Shown here: in pieces, positions 41,619 through 56,051 of the stretch
Layout of the letters: every line of letters starts with the position of its first letter
How positions within the stretch are numbered: position 1 is the first letter of the stretch
Assembly (NCBI RefSeq): GCF_001194135.2
Contig: NC_068982.1
Span: forward strand, 111,891,569 to 111,955,568
Length of the DNA: 64,000 nt
Direction of reading: 5' to 3'
From: Octopus bimaculoides
Lineage: Eukaryota
Translations under genes and position numbers: made by a program
The notes under the pieces: generated by a model
Told to the model about the DNA's origin: nothing
The model's input: only the letters and a program-made list of their open reading frames with translations
The model's database searches: none

Positions 41619-41836
41619 GTATGTATGTATACATGTATGTATGTATATATGTGCGTGTGTATCTGTTTAAATATATACACATGCATACATATAACATACA
41701 TATACATACATACATATATACTTATATATGTATTTACATATTCAGTTATAAAAAAAAAGCAGTTTTACATTAATCTGAAGCGTGACTCTGTCTATACTTT
41801 TGTAGAGTACAAATTTATTATTCTTGAACAAGAACA

Positions 41837-41946
41837 ATATTGACAGTGACTTCGAAGTTTTGGCCAGCTAAACCAAGATTAACTTCAACGCATCGGGTCC
41901 GACGATTGGTTAGCTGGCCAAAAATTTTGAAATCGCTATCGATAAT
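41837..41946. repeat. About 110-bp hairpin (MITE-like inverted repeat)
   Basis: ATATTGACAGTGACTTCGAAGTTTTGGCCAGCTAAACCA pairs imperfectly with TGGTTAGCTGGCCAAAAATTTTGAAATCGCTATCGATAAT. Confidence 0.7.
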
Positions 41947-41993
41947 AACATTCTAGTTTAATAATAACGATAACAATATGTATGTATGTATGC

Positions 41994-42026
<33 letters not shown>

Positions 42027-43109
42027 TGTATGTATGTATATGTGTGTGTGTGTGTGTTTGTGAGTGTGTGTGTATATGTATATATGTATATATATATGTA
42101 TGTATGTATTTATTATATGCATATATGGATGTATATATATGTATGTGTACCTATGTACACCCATATTTATGAATGCTTACATACATACTTACATATACAC
42201 CTACACAAATACCTATATCACTTCCTCCCCATCTACTAACCTACCTCCTACCTGCCTACCTTCCAATCTTCCTACCTACATGCCTACTTACCTACCTACC
42301 AACCTACCTACCTACATACATACATACATACATACGTACATATACTTAATGCCATTTTGCAGAGATAGGTTTTCGATGGAATAGATTACGATTATGTTGA
42401 TAAAACTTAGAAAAATAATAACATATATTTATTACATATATGGAAATTAGAAATTTGTTTTATTTAATTTTATTTTGAATTAATGCATTTTTTTTTTTTT
42501 TGAAAATTAGTTTTTCAGGTCGTTGTGTTGTGTAAGCAGCAAGAATTTTGATAAAAGTTAAATCATAATTATTGAATGCATGTCATATTTCCTGATATTA
42601 CCTCTGGTGGTAAAATTATACTTCCAAAGTTACCTGTCATATGATGGGTAATACTCTAGTAGTATGTATATTATGTTAAAGGTGCTTGAGAGGCCATATG
42701 TTATTTAATTTTAAATTTTATGCTATTTTACCATCCGATGACTAACCACACACATATACACAAATATGTACACGTGAGACATCTATGGACTAAAGTACAA
42801 CTGCACCAACATGTTACATCAGCAATTTCAATTATGCCACGCCGACTTACAACCCGCACCTCACGTAGCCACTAAGCAACTGAATCTCTTCTAATGGAAT
42901 GATAATTACGCTGTAGGAGATGTCCGAGTAAATTCATTCTTTAATTGAACTGGGATGTCTGGCAACTGGTTTAGTCTGTGAGACGATCTCCATAGGTAAT
43001 TCTTTCGAGATTCAGTGACATAATAATAACTTTGATACTGTTAGCAGTTGTGTGGTCGCTGTTGCTAATGAAATGAGTTAATTCACACATGATAATAATA
43101 AAAGTTATT

Positions 43110-43660
43110 ACAGGCTGTTGAACACGTCATTGTGAATTACAACTGATCATAGACTGTTGAACAGTCTTAATGATAACACTGATCACTGTGATAACTACAT
43201 CCTCAGACAACTGAATAAGGATAGAAACAAGCTTCATAGTACTGAAAAATAATAATGATTTCTCACTTAGATACTAGGTCAGCAACTTAAAGGAGAATGG
43301 CTAACCAGTAACACTGACCCCATTGTTTGATTGGTATTTTATTTTGCCGACCCCAGAGAGATGAAAGTCAAAGTTGATCTCGGCGGGATTTGACTCAGAA
43401 AACGAAGAGCCAGAACAAATGCTTTAAAGCAGTTTCACGCCTAATGATTTTGCCATCTCGGCTACATGCTAATGCACAGTCGAAACGGGAACACTAACTT
43501 CAATTATAAAAATAGTGACACACTGTTGAATAGTCTTAATGCTAGCCAGTAGCCAACAACTACTGAACAGTCATGATCACCATTATTAGAAGTTAACAAT
43601 AGGCACGTACAGTAGAACCATCTTCATAACAGCGATGAATGTAGAATGTTGAACTGCCAT
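43110..43660. repeat. Dispersed array of the palindromic motif GACTGTTGAACAGTC
   Basis: Variants occur near 43113, 43152 (perfect), 43205, 43521, 43558 and 43643. A SINE interrupts the array. Confidence 0.5.
43310..43462 (-). mobile_element. SINE family A (old, diverged)
   Basis: GCCGACCCCAGAGAGATGAAAGTCAAAGTTGATCTCGGCGGGATTTGACTCAG. Confidence 0.7.
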
Positions 43661-44025
43661 AATGATAGCAATTACCACAATGATAACTGTGATCATAAGC
43701 TGATGAATCTTCACTATAACCTCAGTCTAATCTATAACAGTTTATTAAAACCAGAGAGTGCTCAGGAGCCATTTCCAATGTTTGTTTCATAATGTTTGTT
43801 AAATAATCCTGGTTTTTATTAGTTAAATAATCTTGGTCTTTCTTTATAAGTGTCCCATCAAACGGTGGTGATGTAAAAAGGATAAAACTGTCGTGTGTAT
43901 GTTAAGAAGGATTCAGCCACTGTATTAAAGCTTGTATTAAGTCTATCTGGGTGTTACCCACGGTTATATACATACGTAATACGTAAATACATACATATAC
44001 AGTCATATATACATGTGTGTATAAG

Positions 44026-44060
<35 letters not shown>

Positions 44061-45553
44061 NNNNNNNNNNNNNNNNNNNNNNNNNNNNNNNNNNNNNNNN
44101 NNNNNNNNNNNNNNNNNNNNNNNNNNNNNNNNNNNNNNNNNNNNNNNNNNNNNNNNNNNNNNNNNNNNNNNNNNNNNNNNNNNNNNNNNNNNNNNNNNNN
44201 NNNNNNNNNNNNNNNNNNNNNNNNNNNNNNNNNNNNNNNNNNNNNNNNNNNNNNNNNNNNNNNNNNNNNNNNNNNNNNNNNNNNNNNNNNNNNNNNNNNN
44301 NNNNNNNNNNNNNNNNNNNNNNNNNNNNNNNNNNNNNNNNNNNNNNNNNNNNNNNNNNNNNNNNNNNNNNNNNNNTATATACAAACATAGAGTCCATTTT
44401 TTAATGCTATCTCTACAGATTTTCTGTAGAAATTAGAACTAATACTGAGAGTTACGACGTATACGAATCAATCGAAGTTAGAACAAATAGGTAATGGGTG
44501 TATGTGCATCTTTCAGGGGTTCTTGCTCCTTTTTCTACACCACATCCAACCCATTAACCATCCAGGAAAACATTGCTTAAATACCCACAAAATTTCGCGG
44601 TTTAACACAGTTGGATATATCAATTTTACATATATAAAACACATTCCTGGCAACTGATACGTACATATTAATTGCTGGTAGGGGCAACGTATTTCGTTTT
44701 GCAACCATAATATACCACTAAGTATATTAAAGGCTTTATAAGTCAATACCGTATCCTGTCGTGTTAGAGAAATAAATAGGCGGATAGATAGATAGATACA
44801 TAGATAGATGAATAGTTATATAGATAGATAGATAGAGAAAGCGAGATAGATAGAGAGAGAGAGAGAGAGAGAAGGGGGGAGCATGATGTACAGTTAGAAG
44901 TGTATGCTAAATCATATACGCTATTTTACTTAGTTCATAAAACCTATGTGTCATACGCTATTTTACTTAGTTCATAGAAACTTAGTGTCATAAAAACTAT
45001 GTGTCATTTCAACTGTACATCATGCACAAGAGATTTTTACTTTCAAAGTCATGGCTGTGTGATGGCTATGCCACTCTTGATTAACTATTTGCAAAGATGT
45101 TAGATGTTCGTTGTTTTTACGCATACATACGTAATATACATACTTATATGCTGGATACTATTCAAGAATCTGTCTGTAGTATAGTGTTTTAATGACGTAT
45201 AGTATATCTTCGGTAATATGTGATGTACTTCACTATAATTTTTCACAAGGTTTGCTGTTTATAGTAGCTGATTCCATCTTTTAGCCCGATAATCTAATAC
45301 ACTGATGTTCAGTCAAAACTACACTTCAGACCAGCGTTCTACTATGTAACCCATTATCCTGTCCATAACAATAATAATATTGATTTCTAATTCAAATAAA
45401 GGCCACAAAATTTGATAGAGATATAGTCGTAACTACATAGTACAAACCATTTTTCTAAAAGCTCTTTAAATTCTCCGAAAATATACCATGAATGTAACAC
45501 TAATTTCGATGGAAAGAAAACACTCAAACATATGCAAACATACAGAAATATAC

Positions 45554-45584
<31 letters not shown>

Positions 45585-45646
45585 TGTATGTATGTATGTA
45601 TGTATGTATGTATGTATGTATGTGTGTGTATGTGTGTGTATGTGTG

Positions 45647-45678
<32 letters not shown>

Positions 45679-45688
45679 TGTATGTGAA

Positions 45689-45741
<53 letters not shown>

Positions 45742-45742
45742 G

Positions 45743-46500
45743 TACGAGTTGCGTTTAAAAAGTTTCTGACTTAATTTTGTCCCATCAAATCTAATGCCGC
45801 ATGGCCAAAATCCTTTGAATTGTAGATGAGGTTCTCTTCTTATTCATGCGTAAAAATTTTCGCGACGGTAGGGCGCGTCGGTTCCCGGCTGCTATGCCGG
45901 GAGTACAAATGTGTAGTGCGCGCGCATCGGATTTTCGCTTTCACCAAACACATCCAGCAGAGATATTGCATCAAGCTTGGTGATACTCGAATTCAAAACA
46001 TTCCAGAACCTTCAGCAGGCTTTTGGCGATGATGCCATGGGCAAAACTCAGATCAAGGAAGACCCGTGTGTAAACAGTTCAGGAAATTGTTCAGGAAGTG
46101 GGAATAAGCGCAGAATCGGTGCATTTCATTTTAATGGAAGATTTGCTCATGCGGAGAGTATTAGCGAAATTCGCCCCCAAGGTGCTGGTGTAGCAATAGA
46201 AGTAACCCAACATAGAAACTGTTAAGAACATGCTAGACTGTGCAAACCATGATCAAAACTTCATGAAGACATCATCAATGATCTATGGTCGATGCGTTCG
46301 GTTATCTTGCGTGAAAATGAAAATCTGATAGGCGCAAACTACACGTCTGTACTCTGAGCACAACAGCCTGGAACTGACGCAGCCTACTGGCGTATCGGCG
46401 CGATCATTTTCACTCGCACGCAGAAAGGACGCTGTCACTTCCCACCCAAAGGATTTTGCCCGGGCGGCATTAGTTATGGCAGGAAAACATAAAATCGGAT
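45743..46500 (+). mobile_element. Internally deleted mariner-family transposon
   Basis: TA-CGAG...AAAAAGTTTC 5' terminus, transposase fragments, and diverged long inverted repeats at about 45770-45945 and 46300-46495. Confidence 0.75.
45955..46289 (+). pseudogene. Mariner transposase N-terminal pseudogene fragment
   Basis: Reads QQRYCIK..LGD, FQNLQQAFGDDAMGKTQIKE and VQEVGISAESVHFILMEDLLMRRVLAKFAPKVL...KNMLDCANHDQNFMKT. This matches the mariner HTH, the WVPHxL-like linker and the region before the first catalytic Asp. Stops and frameshifts are present. Confidence 0.85.
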
Positions 46501-46535
46501 ACATGTATACATGTATTCACATACATGCATAAAAT

Positions 46536-46639
<104 letters not shown>

Positions 46640-46817
46640 CTATTTACATTTAACCCCACTGTCAATTATTTCGCCATGATTCCCTTTATACTGTACAAAA
46701 ATATACACCGAAATATCACAGTATTTCAAAGCTCATGTTATTGCCAACACGCTATCTTGAAATAGTGAGTTATAATAACAAATATGAAGAATAAAAATCA
46801 AACGGGATACATCAGTA

Positions 46818-46956
46818 CCATTATCATCATTGACAACAACAACGGCGGCAACAATAGCCGCAGGTGCACAAACCACAGCAGCAACAGCAGCGGCGGCAGT
46901 AGCAGCAGCAACAACAACTGCAGCACCAGTAATAGCAGCAGCAGTATTGGCAGTAA

Positions 46957-47023
<67 letters not shown>

Positions 47024-47032
47024 TGTTGTTGT
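46818..47032. repeat. Compound (CAA/CAG/TAG)n trinucleotide tract
   Basis: Direct reading; it is the source of several low-complexity ORFs. Confidence 0.85.
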
Positions 47033-47399
47033 TGTAAAAACAACTAATATTTGTACGTGATCGTTTCACCTGTGCAAGAAATAATAAGCAAAACATTCCA
47101 AGTCTCACATCCTTAAAAGTGTTACGAACGGAGTTTCACATTAGACAATGTAGACTACGGTTCACTGCGCATAGATAAATAAACGGGGGCGATTACAGCT
47201 TAACTATTCTTGATCATAGAATTGCTCAATCACGGTGGCTGTAGTGCTACCCACCCGACACATACAACAACAACAACGACAATGGAATGGGCAGAAACAA
47301 TAGCAATGAAATCGAAAACTGTTCAAAAACAGGACATAACCATAACACTGAAACTGAGAAGGAAATTGGATTTAGTTTGGTAAGACAGAAAAGTTTATC

Positions 47400-48230
47400 C
47401 GGATATATTGTTAATAAACATTACCATGTCATTTGAAATTCTTATTAGGTCCATTTAAGTTTATATAATTCGAAAAGTGAATTTATTATTTCAAATCGAC
47501 ATTTATGTATTAATAAATTATGATCAAAACTATATTAAAATATTGAAAATAGTTTAAGAAGGATTTGTCGTGGAGCGAGCTATCATCTTATACAGTAATT
47601 TGACATCGTCCACAAATGTCCTGTATGCAATTTTGAATCATTTATAATAAGTCTAAAAACAGTAATTTTATATCTTGTAAAATCGAGCATTAAATCCACA
47701 TAATTTCTTCGATAATATTGTAATTATATGTCTGCCAGTTTTGTTGTAAATCTTAATATCTCATCGATATGAAATCTAGTGGGCAAAATGTTACTTTGTG
47801 TTGTAACATTTGCTCACAAAGCTATAGAACTGAATATTGTAATCATATCTACTGCAAAATGATTGCGTAGCTCCCATTATACAGATTTAAAATGTTAGTC
47901 AGAGTATATATTATTCCAAGATACGAAGATGATTCTCAACGTTTAGCAGTTTTAAGATAGCTGATGCTTTTGGCGTCTGGTGAGTTTGGTCGGAAAGTAT
48001 TTCTAAATCATTCTTTTATAAAGACCACTCAGAAATTTCATCTTTAAATTTAGCAACCAGGACGATACATTTAGAGCTATATTAGTATTCTAGTGGAGGA
48101 TAACCACAGATTCGTATAAAGTATATAAACTAAAGATGCAAATGGACACTTTTATAAAGTTCAACTAAAACTTCACTATAACCAATACGAAATATCTAGA
48201 GAGTCGTATACCAGAAAGCCTGCTGATTTG
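47400..48230 (-). pseudogene. Decayed CR1/L2-like LINE reverse transcriptase
   Basis: The minus strand shows motifs in the expected order across frameshifts: KSAG, YRP, LTNIL, VDMI, LLF..IND and FVDDVKLLY (FVDD at 47605-47616). Confidence 0.55.
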
Positions 48231-48856
48231 TACACGTGGGAGTGTGCATCATTTAATTAGATTGAAAAATATAAATTGTAGAATATATCTAATATTCTTC
48301 CAATTCACCAAAACTTTCAAAAGACGTTTAATTAGAAGCGGCACAATTAATAACTGTATCATTTTAGAATAAATATAAAATTTACGATCGATTACTTTAC
48401 TAAATAGTAGATGCTACTGTAGCCTCCAATACGAATAATGAATGGATGAAATCTGCCTTTTTTGACATATAATAAGTTAGCTCATTTAAGTAACACATAA
48501 CAGTACGATATTTAGCAGGCACGGCAGTGTGGTTAAAAAATTTGCTTTCACTGCAAATTGGTTTTGGAATCAGCCCTATAAATCAGTACATTGGGTATGT
48601 AAGTATCTTTTTACCTTACTCTAAAGAAACAAAAGATGTGGCAGCAGAGGTCGATTAGGAAAAAGACAATGTGAATGCGCACCCGAAGTACGAACGTGGT
48701 GTGGTTGCATGCCTGCATATATATATATATATATANNNNNNNNNNNNNNNNNNNNNNNNNNNNNNNNNNNNNNNNNNNNNNNNNNNNNNNNNNNNNNNNN
48801 NNNNNNNNNNNNNNNNNNNNNNNNNNNNNNNNNNNNNNNNNNNNNNNNNNNNNNNN

Positions 48857-49016
48857 GGTAAGGAGCTTGCCATATGGTTCGGAGTCCAGTCTCACTGAGT
48901 GGAGCCTAGGGCAAGTGTCTACTACTATAGCCTCCGGCCGACCAAAACCTTGTGAGCGGATTTGGCAGGTAGAAATTGAAAGAAATTCATCTTTTATATG
49001 TATACATGTGTATACG

Positions 49017-49055
<39 letters not shown>

Positions 49056-49310
49056 CTGTGTGTGTGCGCGTGTACGTGCGTGTGTGTGTATCTCTTTGCG
49101 TCTGTTTTTGTTTCCCACCATTACTTGACAACTAGTGTTGCTGTGTTTACGTCCCCGTAAGTTAGCGGTTCTGTAAAAGAGTACGATAAAATAAGTACTT
49201 TTAAAAAATAAGTGCTGAGGTCGATACATTCGACTAAAAAGTCTTCAAGGTGGTGCCCCATTAGGGCTGCAGTCTAATGACTGAAACAAGTCAAAGATAA
49301 ACGATAAAAG
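48857..49310 (+). mobile_element. CORE-type composite SINE (family C) with internal microsatellite
   Basis: GGTAAGGAGCTTGC...CCTAGGGCAAGTGTCTACTACTATAGCC...CCTTGTGAGCGGATTTGG, then (TA)n(TG)n, then GTTTACGTCCCCGTAAGTTAGCGGTT...AATGACTGAAACAAG tail. Confidence 0.8.
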
Positions 49311-49323
49311 GTACATACATACA

Positions 49324-49357
<34 letters not shown>

Positions 49358-49619
49358 CGTACGTGTGCGTTTGGATGGGTGGGTGTGCATGCATGCATGC
49401 ATACAAATATATATACATATACATATGCACACGAGCACACGTAACTTAGATATTCCGTTAACAAGGAGAAAAGTGAGAAAAAGATAGAAATAACGCTGAC
49501 TTTCTACACTGGATCTTAAAACTCCAAATAAAAAATTAGCTGTATTTGTGCTAGATAAAAGAATAATGATAGTGATAATGATGATAATAATGATATTCAT
49601 AGAGATACTAATAAATATT

Positions 49620-49837
<218 letters not shown>

Positions 49838-51049
49838 GTTTTCAGTTTCACTGGATATTTCTTTTCTTTCTCATTTGGCTGATTAGATGATTGGAGAAGA
49901 GAAAAGTCTTCTGAAATTTAAAACCAAAATGGCCGCACAAATTATTCTCTTTGTAAATCTCGATATGTCATGAAATATTGAACTGTCGCTCTAAAATAAA
50001 CTACGTACACAAGCGTATATACACACACATACACACGCGTGTAAAAATATAAATATAAATATAAATATATATATACATATACATACATATGTGTTTGTGT
50101 GTTTGTGTGTGTACATACGTATCTGCTTGTGTGTGATGTGTGTGTATACATATAACTTTCAATCTATATGCCAGTCTAAATAATGTATTCTTATACTCCC
50201 TCCATATATACATACACATTCACATGCAATAAATGCAGTTTTAAAATTGTTATCCGATAATTATATGTGTATATTGCTAAGAATATAAACATCTCCACAT
50301 GATATATGAACATCAGCGTGCATACACATCCACACATCCACACATCCCGACATATATATGCGTGTTTTATTTAATGGAAACTGCATGTTACTTAAATAGA
50401 ACAATATTTGGAAAATTCATTAATTGTACATGACATTATAATTGCCTATAAATCATTTTACAATAAACTCTAATCATGCTCATCGTTTCACTGTATATTA
50501 CATAAAATTGTGTTACTATATATTATAATATTATATTATCATATTATATTATATTACCATGCTACACGTGCATTGATATAATGATGGACATTCCTCTATT
50601 GAGAGCTGTGGCGAACATGGGTCAAGAACAATAAGCAAGATAAACATATTAAGATTAATAACATATTAGATTAAATCATTGGTTGTTACTTACAGGTTTG
50701 TCATTGGAGTGTGTAAGGGTGTAGGTTTTGAAAAAAAAATTCGAGCTTCCGATAGACATGTGGAGCAGAAGTCAAGAATAAAAAAACGAAATTTAACACA
50801 TTTTCTCTCAACACGGATTTTCCATTTCTGTCTAAATTCTTTGAAAATCGAGCAAAGAAAGGAAAATAGAAAAAAGAAAAAGAAAGCAAGGAAGCGAATG
50901 CCATTACCTGGGGAGGGGGCATCAACAATAACAATAAAAAGAACAACGTCAATAACAAGAGTTTCAAACAGATAATGCAGTAGTGGGAGGACTAAAATAA
51001 AAGAAGGTAGGAGCGACAAAGACATCTTTTACAAACAAATGAAAGAAAG

Positions 51050-51183
<134 letters not shown>

Positions 51184-51315
51184 GGGAGGGAGAGGGAGAA
51201 TGAAAAATAAAAATGTGGGATGAAGAATGGTGGAGGTGAATATAATGAGTGAACGAGAGAAAAGAAACTAGAGTCGCCTAGAGATAAAAAGAGATTGAGA
51301 GGGAAAGAGAGAGAC

Positions 51316-51349
<34 letters not shown>

Positions 51350-51722
51350 TGGTGGAGAGTGAAATAGAGGGAGAAAAACAAGGAATGCGAGATGATTAAT
51401 AAAGAATAGAGGAGAAATGGAGAGTCAACTAGAGAGAAGGAGATGGGTGGAGAGAAAGAAAAGCAGAGATGTAACTAGAAGGACGTCTAGAATGTGACAG
51501 AATGAGAAATTATGAAGATTTCTGTGAGTAGTAGAAGAAAAAAAAATATAGATGAAGAAAAACAACAACAACAACAACAGCAGAAGTGGGAGTAGAATGG
51601 AGATGAAGTGACATATGTAAGAATGAGTAAATTTGAAAAGATAATGGCTTTGATGAAAATATGAATGAAGAAAGGAAATTATGGCAAAGATATAATAAAT
51701 ATAATACAAGTGGGATAAGAAC

Positions 51723-51814
<92 letters not shown>

Positions 51815-52171
51815 GTGTATCTATGATAGAACGAAATAAAGGAGGACTATAGGAAAGAGTGAGACGAGTAAAAAGGAGAAAATGAGAAAGATGATACAAA
51901 ATTAAGAGGTTAAAAGGAGAAGACATGTAGGATTGTAAAGAAAATGTTAGAGCCCACGCCTCCAAAAAAGCCTATTAAGAAGTAGAGTAAACAAGTTTCA
52001 TACTGGGACAACTACAGTACATTTGTCTTTGAACAAAGAAGGTCAGACGAAAATGGAGTGGAGTCAGAGTTTTACTATTTAGAGCTAGTTGGTTTTCAAT
52101 ATCACATGAAAGGTGTCTTTACTGTTATTGTTATAATTGTATAATATAGTAAAATAAATAATTAAATAATA

Positions 52172-52379
52172 ATTGGCTTCAAATTTTGCCTCAAGTTCAG
52201 GGGAGGAATTAAGTTGATTGTATCGAACCTAGTTCTCAACTGGTACTTATTTTATCGATCCGGAAAGGATTAAAGGCAAAATCGACCTCTGGGGAATTGG
52301 AAATCAAAACGTGAAGACGGACGAAATGCCGCTAAGCATTTTGCCCGGCGTGCTATCAATTCTGCCAGGTCACCACCTT
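52172..52379 (-). mobile_element. SINE family A
   Basis: CTGGTACTTATTTTATCGATCCGGAAAGGATTAAAGGC...GCTAAGCATTTTGCCCGGCGTGC. Confidence 0.88.
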
Positions 52380-54050
52380 TCCACAACAGAAATGATAATA
52401 AAAGCTTTTCATCATCATTATCAATAATTTTTATTATGAAGTTGTTCTAAATTAATTTGCCGGTCACTTACAACAAGTAGAAATCTGAGAACAAATACCA
52501 TACGCACTATCACAGAGATGTTGATATACGAAAGCAATGGCTATCACTACCTTTTCACAAACACACATACACATCTCACAGACACGTTTGTATGTATAAA
52601 CATTTTCGATACCAGAAGCTTTTATCAAACCATTATCAAAATAGCAATCTCGCTAAAATACTTCGTACGCCTAGCACAATGCAGCTAGTATTTACGTAAA
52701 TCACTCTTTACTCGTAAAAGAACATAGTAACCAATTACCTATATATAATAACAGCAGAAATAACATCGAAACATCAAGTGTTGTAAATACAAATTATGTC
52801 CTGGCGAACGCAAATAAAATTCTTACGCGATCATTAACAAGGTGACCTGATTTCTCACGATCAAAGTCTGGATCATACCAAACCGTAAATAGATACGCGC
52901 AAAGGACTCTTTAGGAGTTGTACGAGCAAACATGTATACGAAAAATTGCAAATATGATTACAATATTTCAGTCGCAAAGCGCACGGTCAGTAAGAGTGAA
53001 ATAATAATTTTAAAACTTTGCGGCCTATTTTAACTAACCTCAAGAAATACATCAATGATAGAACTTTCTGTAATGATGAACATCACAAATATGAATTAAA
53101 AAGGCAAGCATTCTACACACAGAGTTTACGTCTAAGTGTCGTCAAGAAAATATATTTCACCGGTATAATTACAAGTAAAGACATAAGCCAGGCGTAGATT
53201 ACTGCTCCTCCGAATGATAATTGACGGAAAAATCGAATGAAGTTAATCGAAAGCCTCTAACATGGCATCAGACTGTTACCGCATCATCTGACTAACAGAA
53301 CTGTCACTATTAACTATTATCAGTTGAGTATTATTTTGAGCATGAAACATTGACGAATGAAATGGTAAGTGGAATGAACTTACACACACAACAAATTTAC
53401 TGCACCTGAGTTGATTGTTTTCATTAGTTAAGTTACAATATATATATATATATATATATAGTCACAGGGTTGCATACATACGCACGCACACACATGCACG
53501 CACACAGACAGACAGACACACGTTTATGTATAAACCATTACACAAACTAGCATAAACCTCTTAAATACGTTATATTATACAATATTTTTTTTAAATTGTA
53601 ACAGTTGACTATAATGGCAAAGCAATATAAATGTGAATCATGAATATCATTGATGTAATTATTGAGATATATTTAAGATAATAATTATGAATTCTAGGAT
53701 ATAAGAATTTTACGGTACAGCGATGAATTGTTGGATGGAGGTTATTAAGACTATTTCAAGTAAATGGGTCAATGTATTTCATTCAAATAGGTCAAGATAT
53801 TTAATAGAAATAAGTTAAGGTATGAATGAAAAAAACAAACAAAAATAGATAACTTAAGAAACCAGAACTAATCGAAGATCTATATTTACCATTAAAAAAT
53901 GTTTGTGTACATTTAGGGATAATTTCTTTTAGCAATTAATTAATTTCTACACAGTAATCAATTTGCTCGAACACTAATTTTCCAAGTACACTAATTGCCA
54001 ACTCTACAAAATATAACCATCTCATTTATTATGAATATTGACTGATATGT

Positions 54051-54099
<49 letters not shown>

Positions 54100-55112
54100 N
54101 NNNNNNNNNTATATATATATGTAAGCCGTGCAACAGAGAAAATTAGAGAATAATTGGTTGTTCTGAACTGTAGTAAAGCTAAGTCAGCTAAAAACTAGGT
54201 CGGGATCGAGATCCTGCGGTTGTTGGGTCAGTAGATAACGTCCTAAGGGTTATGATTTCACAGATTTATGTTAATTTTGAGACGATCAATATTTCTGTGG
54301 TTCTGCAAAAATTAAAAAATATCGTTAATGAACCGATTAGAATCAGAACGAAAGTCGAAACGAAAGGTTTGTCTAATACTTCTTTACGCAGATATCAAAG
54401 TGTAAGAGTTACAAAGATGGTGGAGATATCTCAAATATATTACAAAAGACAAGGCAATTAATTAACTAATAAATAAATAAGCTTTTAAGCGGACCAAAAA
54501 ATATGGTGACAGTCTAATATTAAAAAAATCTGAGTGCATCTAAACAAAATAAGTAACATTTGGAAACATTCGCCCTCGTAGACATTGTAAGATGACAAAG
54601 AACGATTCTGCATATAAGAAATAGTTTTGTTAACAATAACGTAATAGTAAAGGCATCAAATAATATTTTCAGTTATCGACTGTAAATAAATCTTATACTT
54701 TGTTGAGTAAATACTATTGTGTAGTGAACAAAAATATCTACATAATTAACCCAAGCTCTTGGCTGTGACGAAGTTAGGGAGGGGGGGAGATTTTGAGAAA
54801 GAGAGAGATGGGGACAGAGATGGTGAGAGAGGGAGAAAGAGGAAGAGAGGAGGGAATGAGTGTAGCAACTAGAGAGTGAACCAATGAGGTATGTGAGAGA
54901 TATAGAGAGAATGGGAGAGAAGAAAAGAAGGAGAACTGGCGAATGTGTAAGGAAAACTAAAAGGAACAAAATCATGAGAGATTGTATAGGTGTGAGAGAG
55001 AGAGTATAAGAAAGAAAGGACACAGGAACAATGAAAGAATCGGAGTATCAGAGAAAAATACTATTATAGAGTGGGGATATAAAAACGAAAAGAAAAAAAG
55101 GAGCAACATAAA

Positions 55113-55183
<71 letters not shown>

Positions 55184-55531
55184 TGTAAAAGCAAAACAAA
55201 GATAGGTAGAAAACGGGGGACAGTTATAGAGAGAAATCGTTAAAGACGATAGAAGATGGCGTGAGGGAGTATTCAGAATCTAAGCTGATTGGACAAATGA
55301 AAAAAAAAAAAAAGTCACAAGGTAATAACACTGAAAGAGTTAGAAATTAGTAATAAAGGTAGCTCGAGGTAAATGCAAACTAATTATAAACCAGTTAATC
55401 AATATAGCAACAGTGGTCTATATAGTATTAATTATCGAAAATAACACAGCAGAATGCATTTATATTTACTGCAACTTTTGATCTAACCAATACATACACA
55501 CATACATACATACATACATACATACATACAT

Positions 55532-55598
<67 letters not shown>

Positions 55599-55980
55599 NN
55601 NNNNNNNNNNNNNNNNNNNNNNNNNNNNNNNNNNNNNNNNNNNNNNNNNNNNNNNNNNNNNNNNNNNNNNNNNNNNNNNNNNNNNNNNNNNNNNNNNNNN
55701 NNNNNNNNNNNNNNNNNNNNNNNNNNNNNNNNNNNNNNNNNNNNNNNNNNNNNNNNNNNNNNNNNNNNNNNNNNNNNNNNNNNNNNNNNNNNNNNNNNNN
55801 NNNNNNNNNNNNNNNNNNNNNNNNNNNNNNNNNNNNNNNNNNNNNNNNNNNNNNNNNNNNNNNNNNNNNNNNNNNNNNNNNNNNNNNNNNNNNNNNNNNN
55901 NNNNNNNNNNNNNNNNNNNNNNNNNNNNNNNNNNNNNNNNNNNNNNNNNNNNNNNNNNNNNNNNNNNNNNNNNNNNNNNN

Positions 55981-56051
<71 letters not shown>

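Noticed and set aside
43110-43660. CRISPR array
   Set aside because: The context is eukaryotic, the repeats are short, degenerate and irregularly spaced, and no cas genes are present.
44911-45010. Short tandem duplication (CATACGCTATTTTACTTAGTTCATA twice)
   Set aside because: It is an ordinary local duplication with no further structure.
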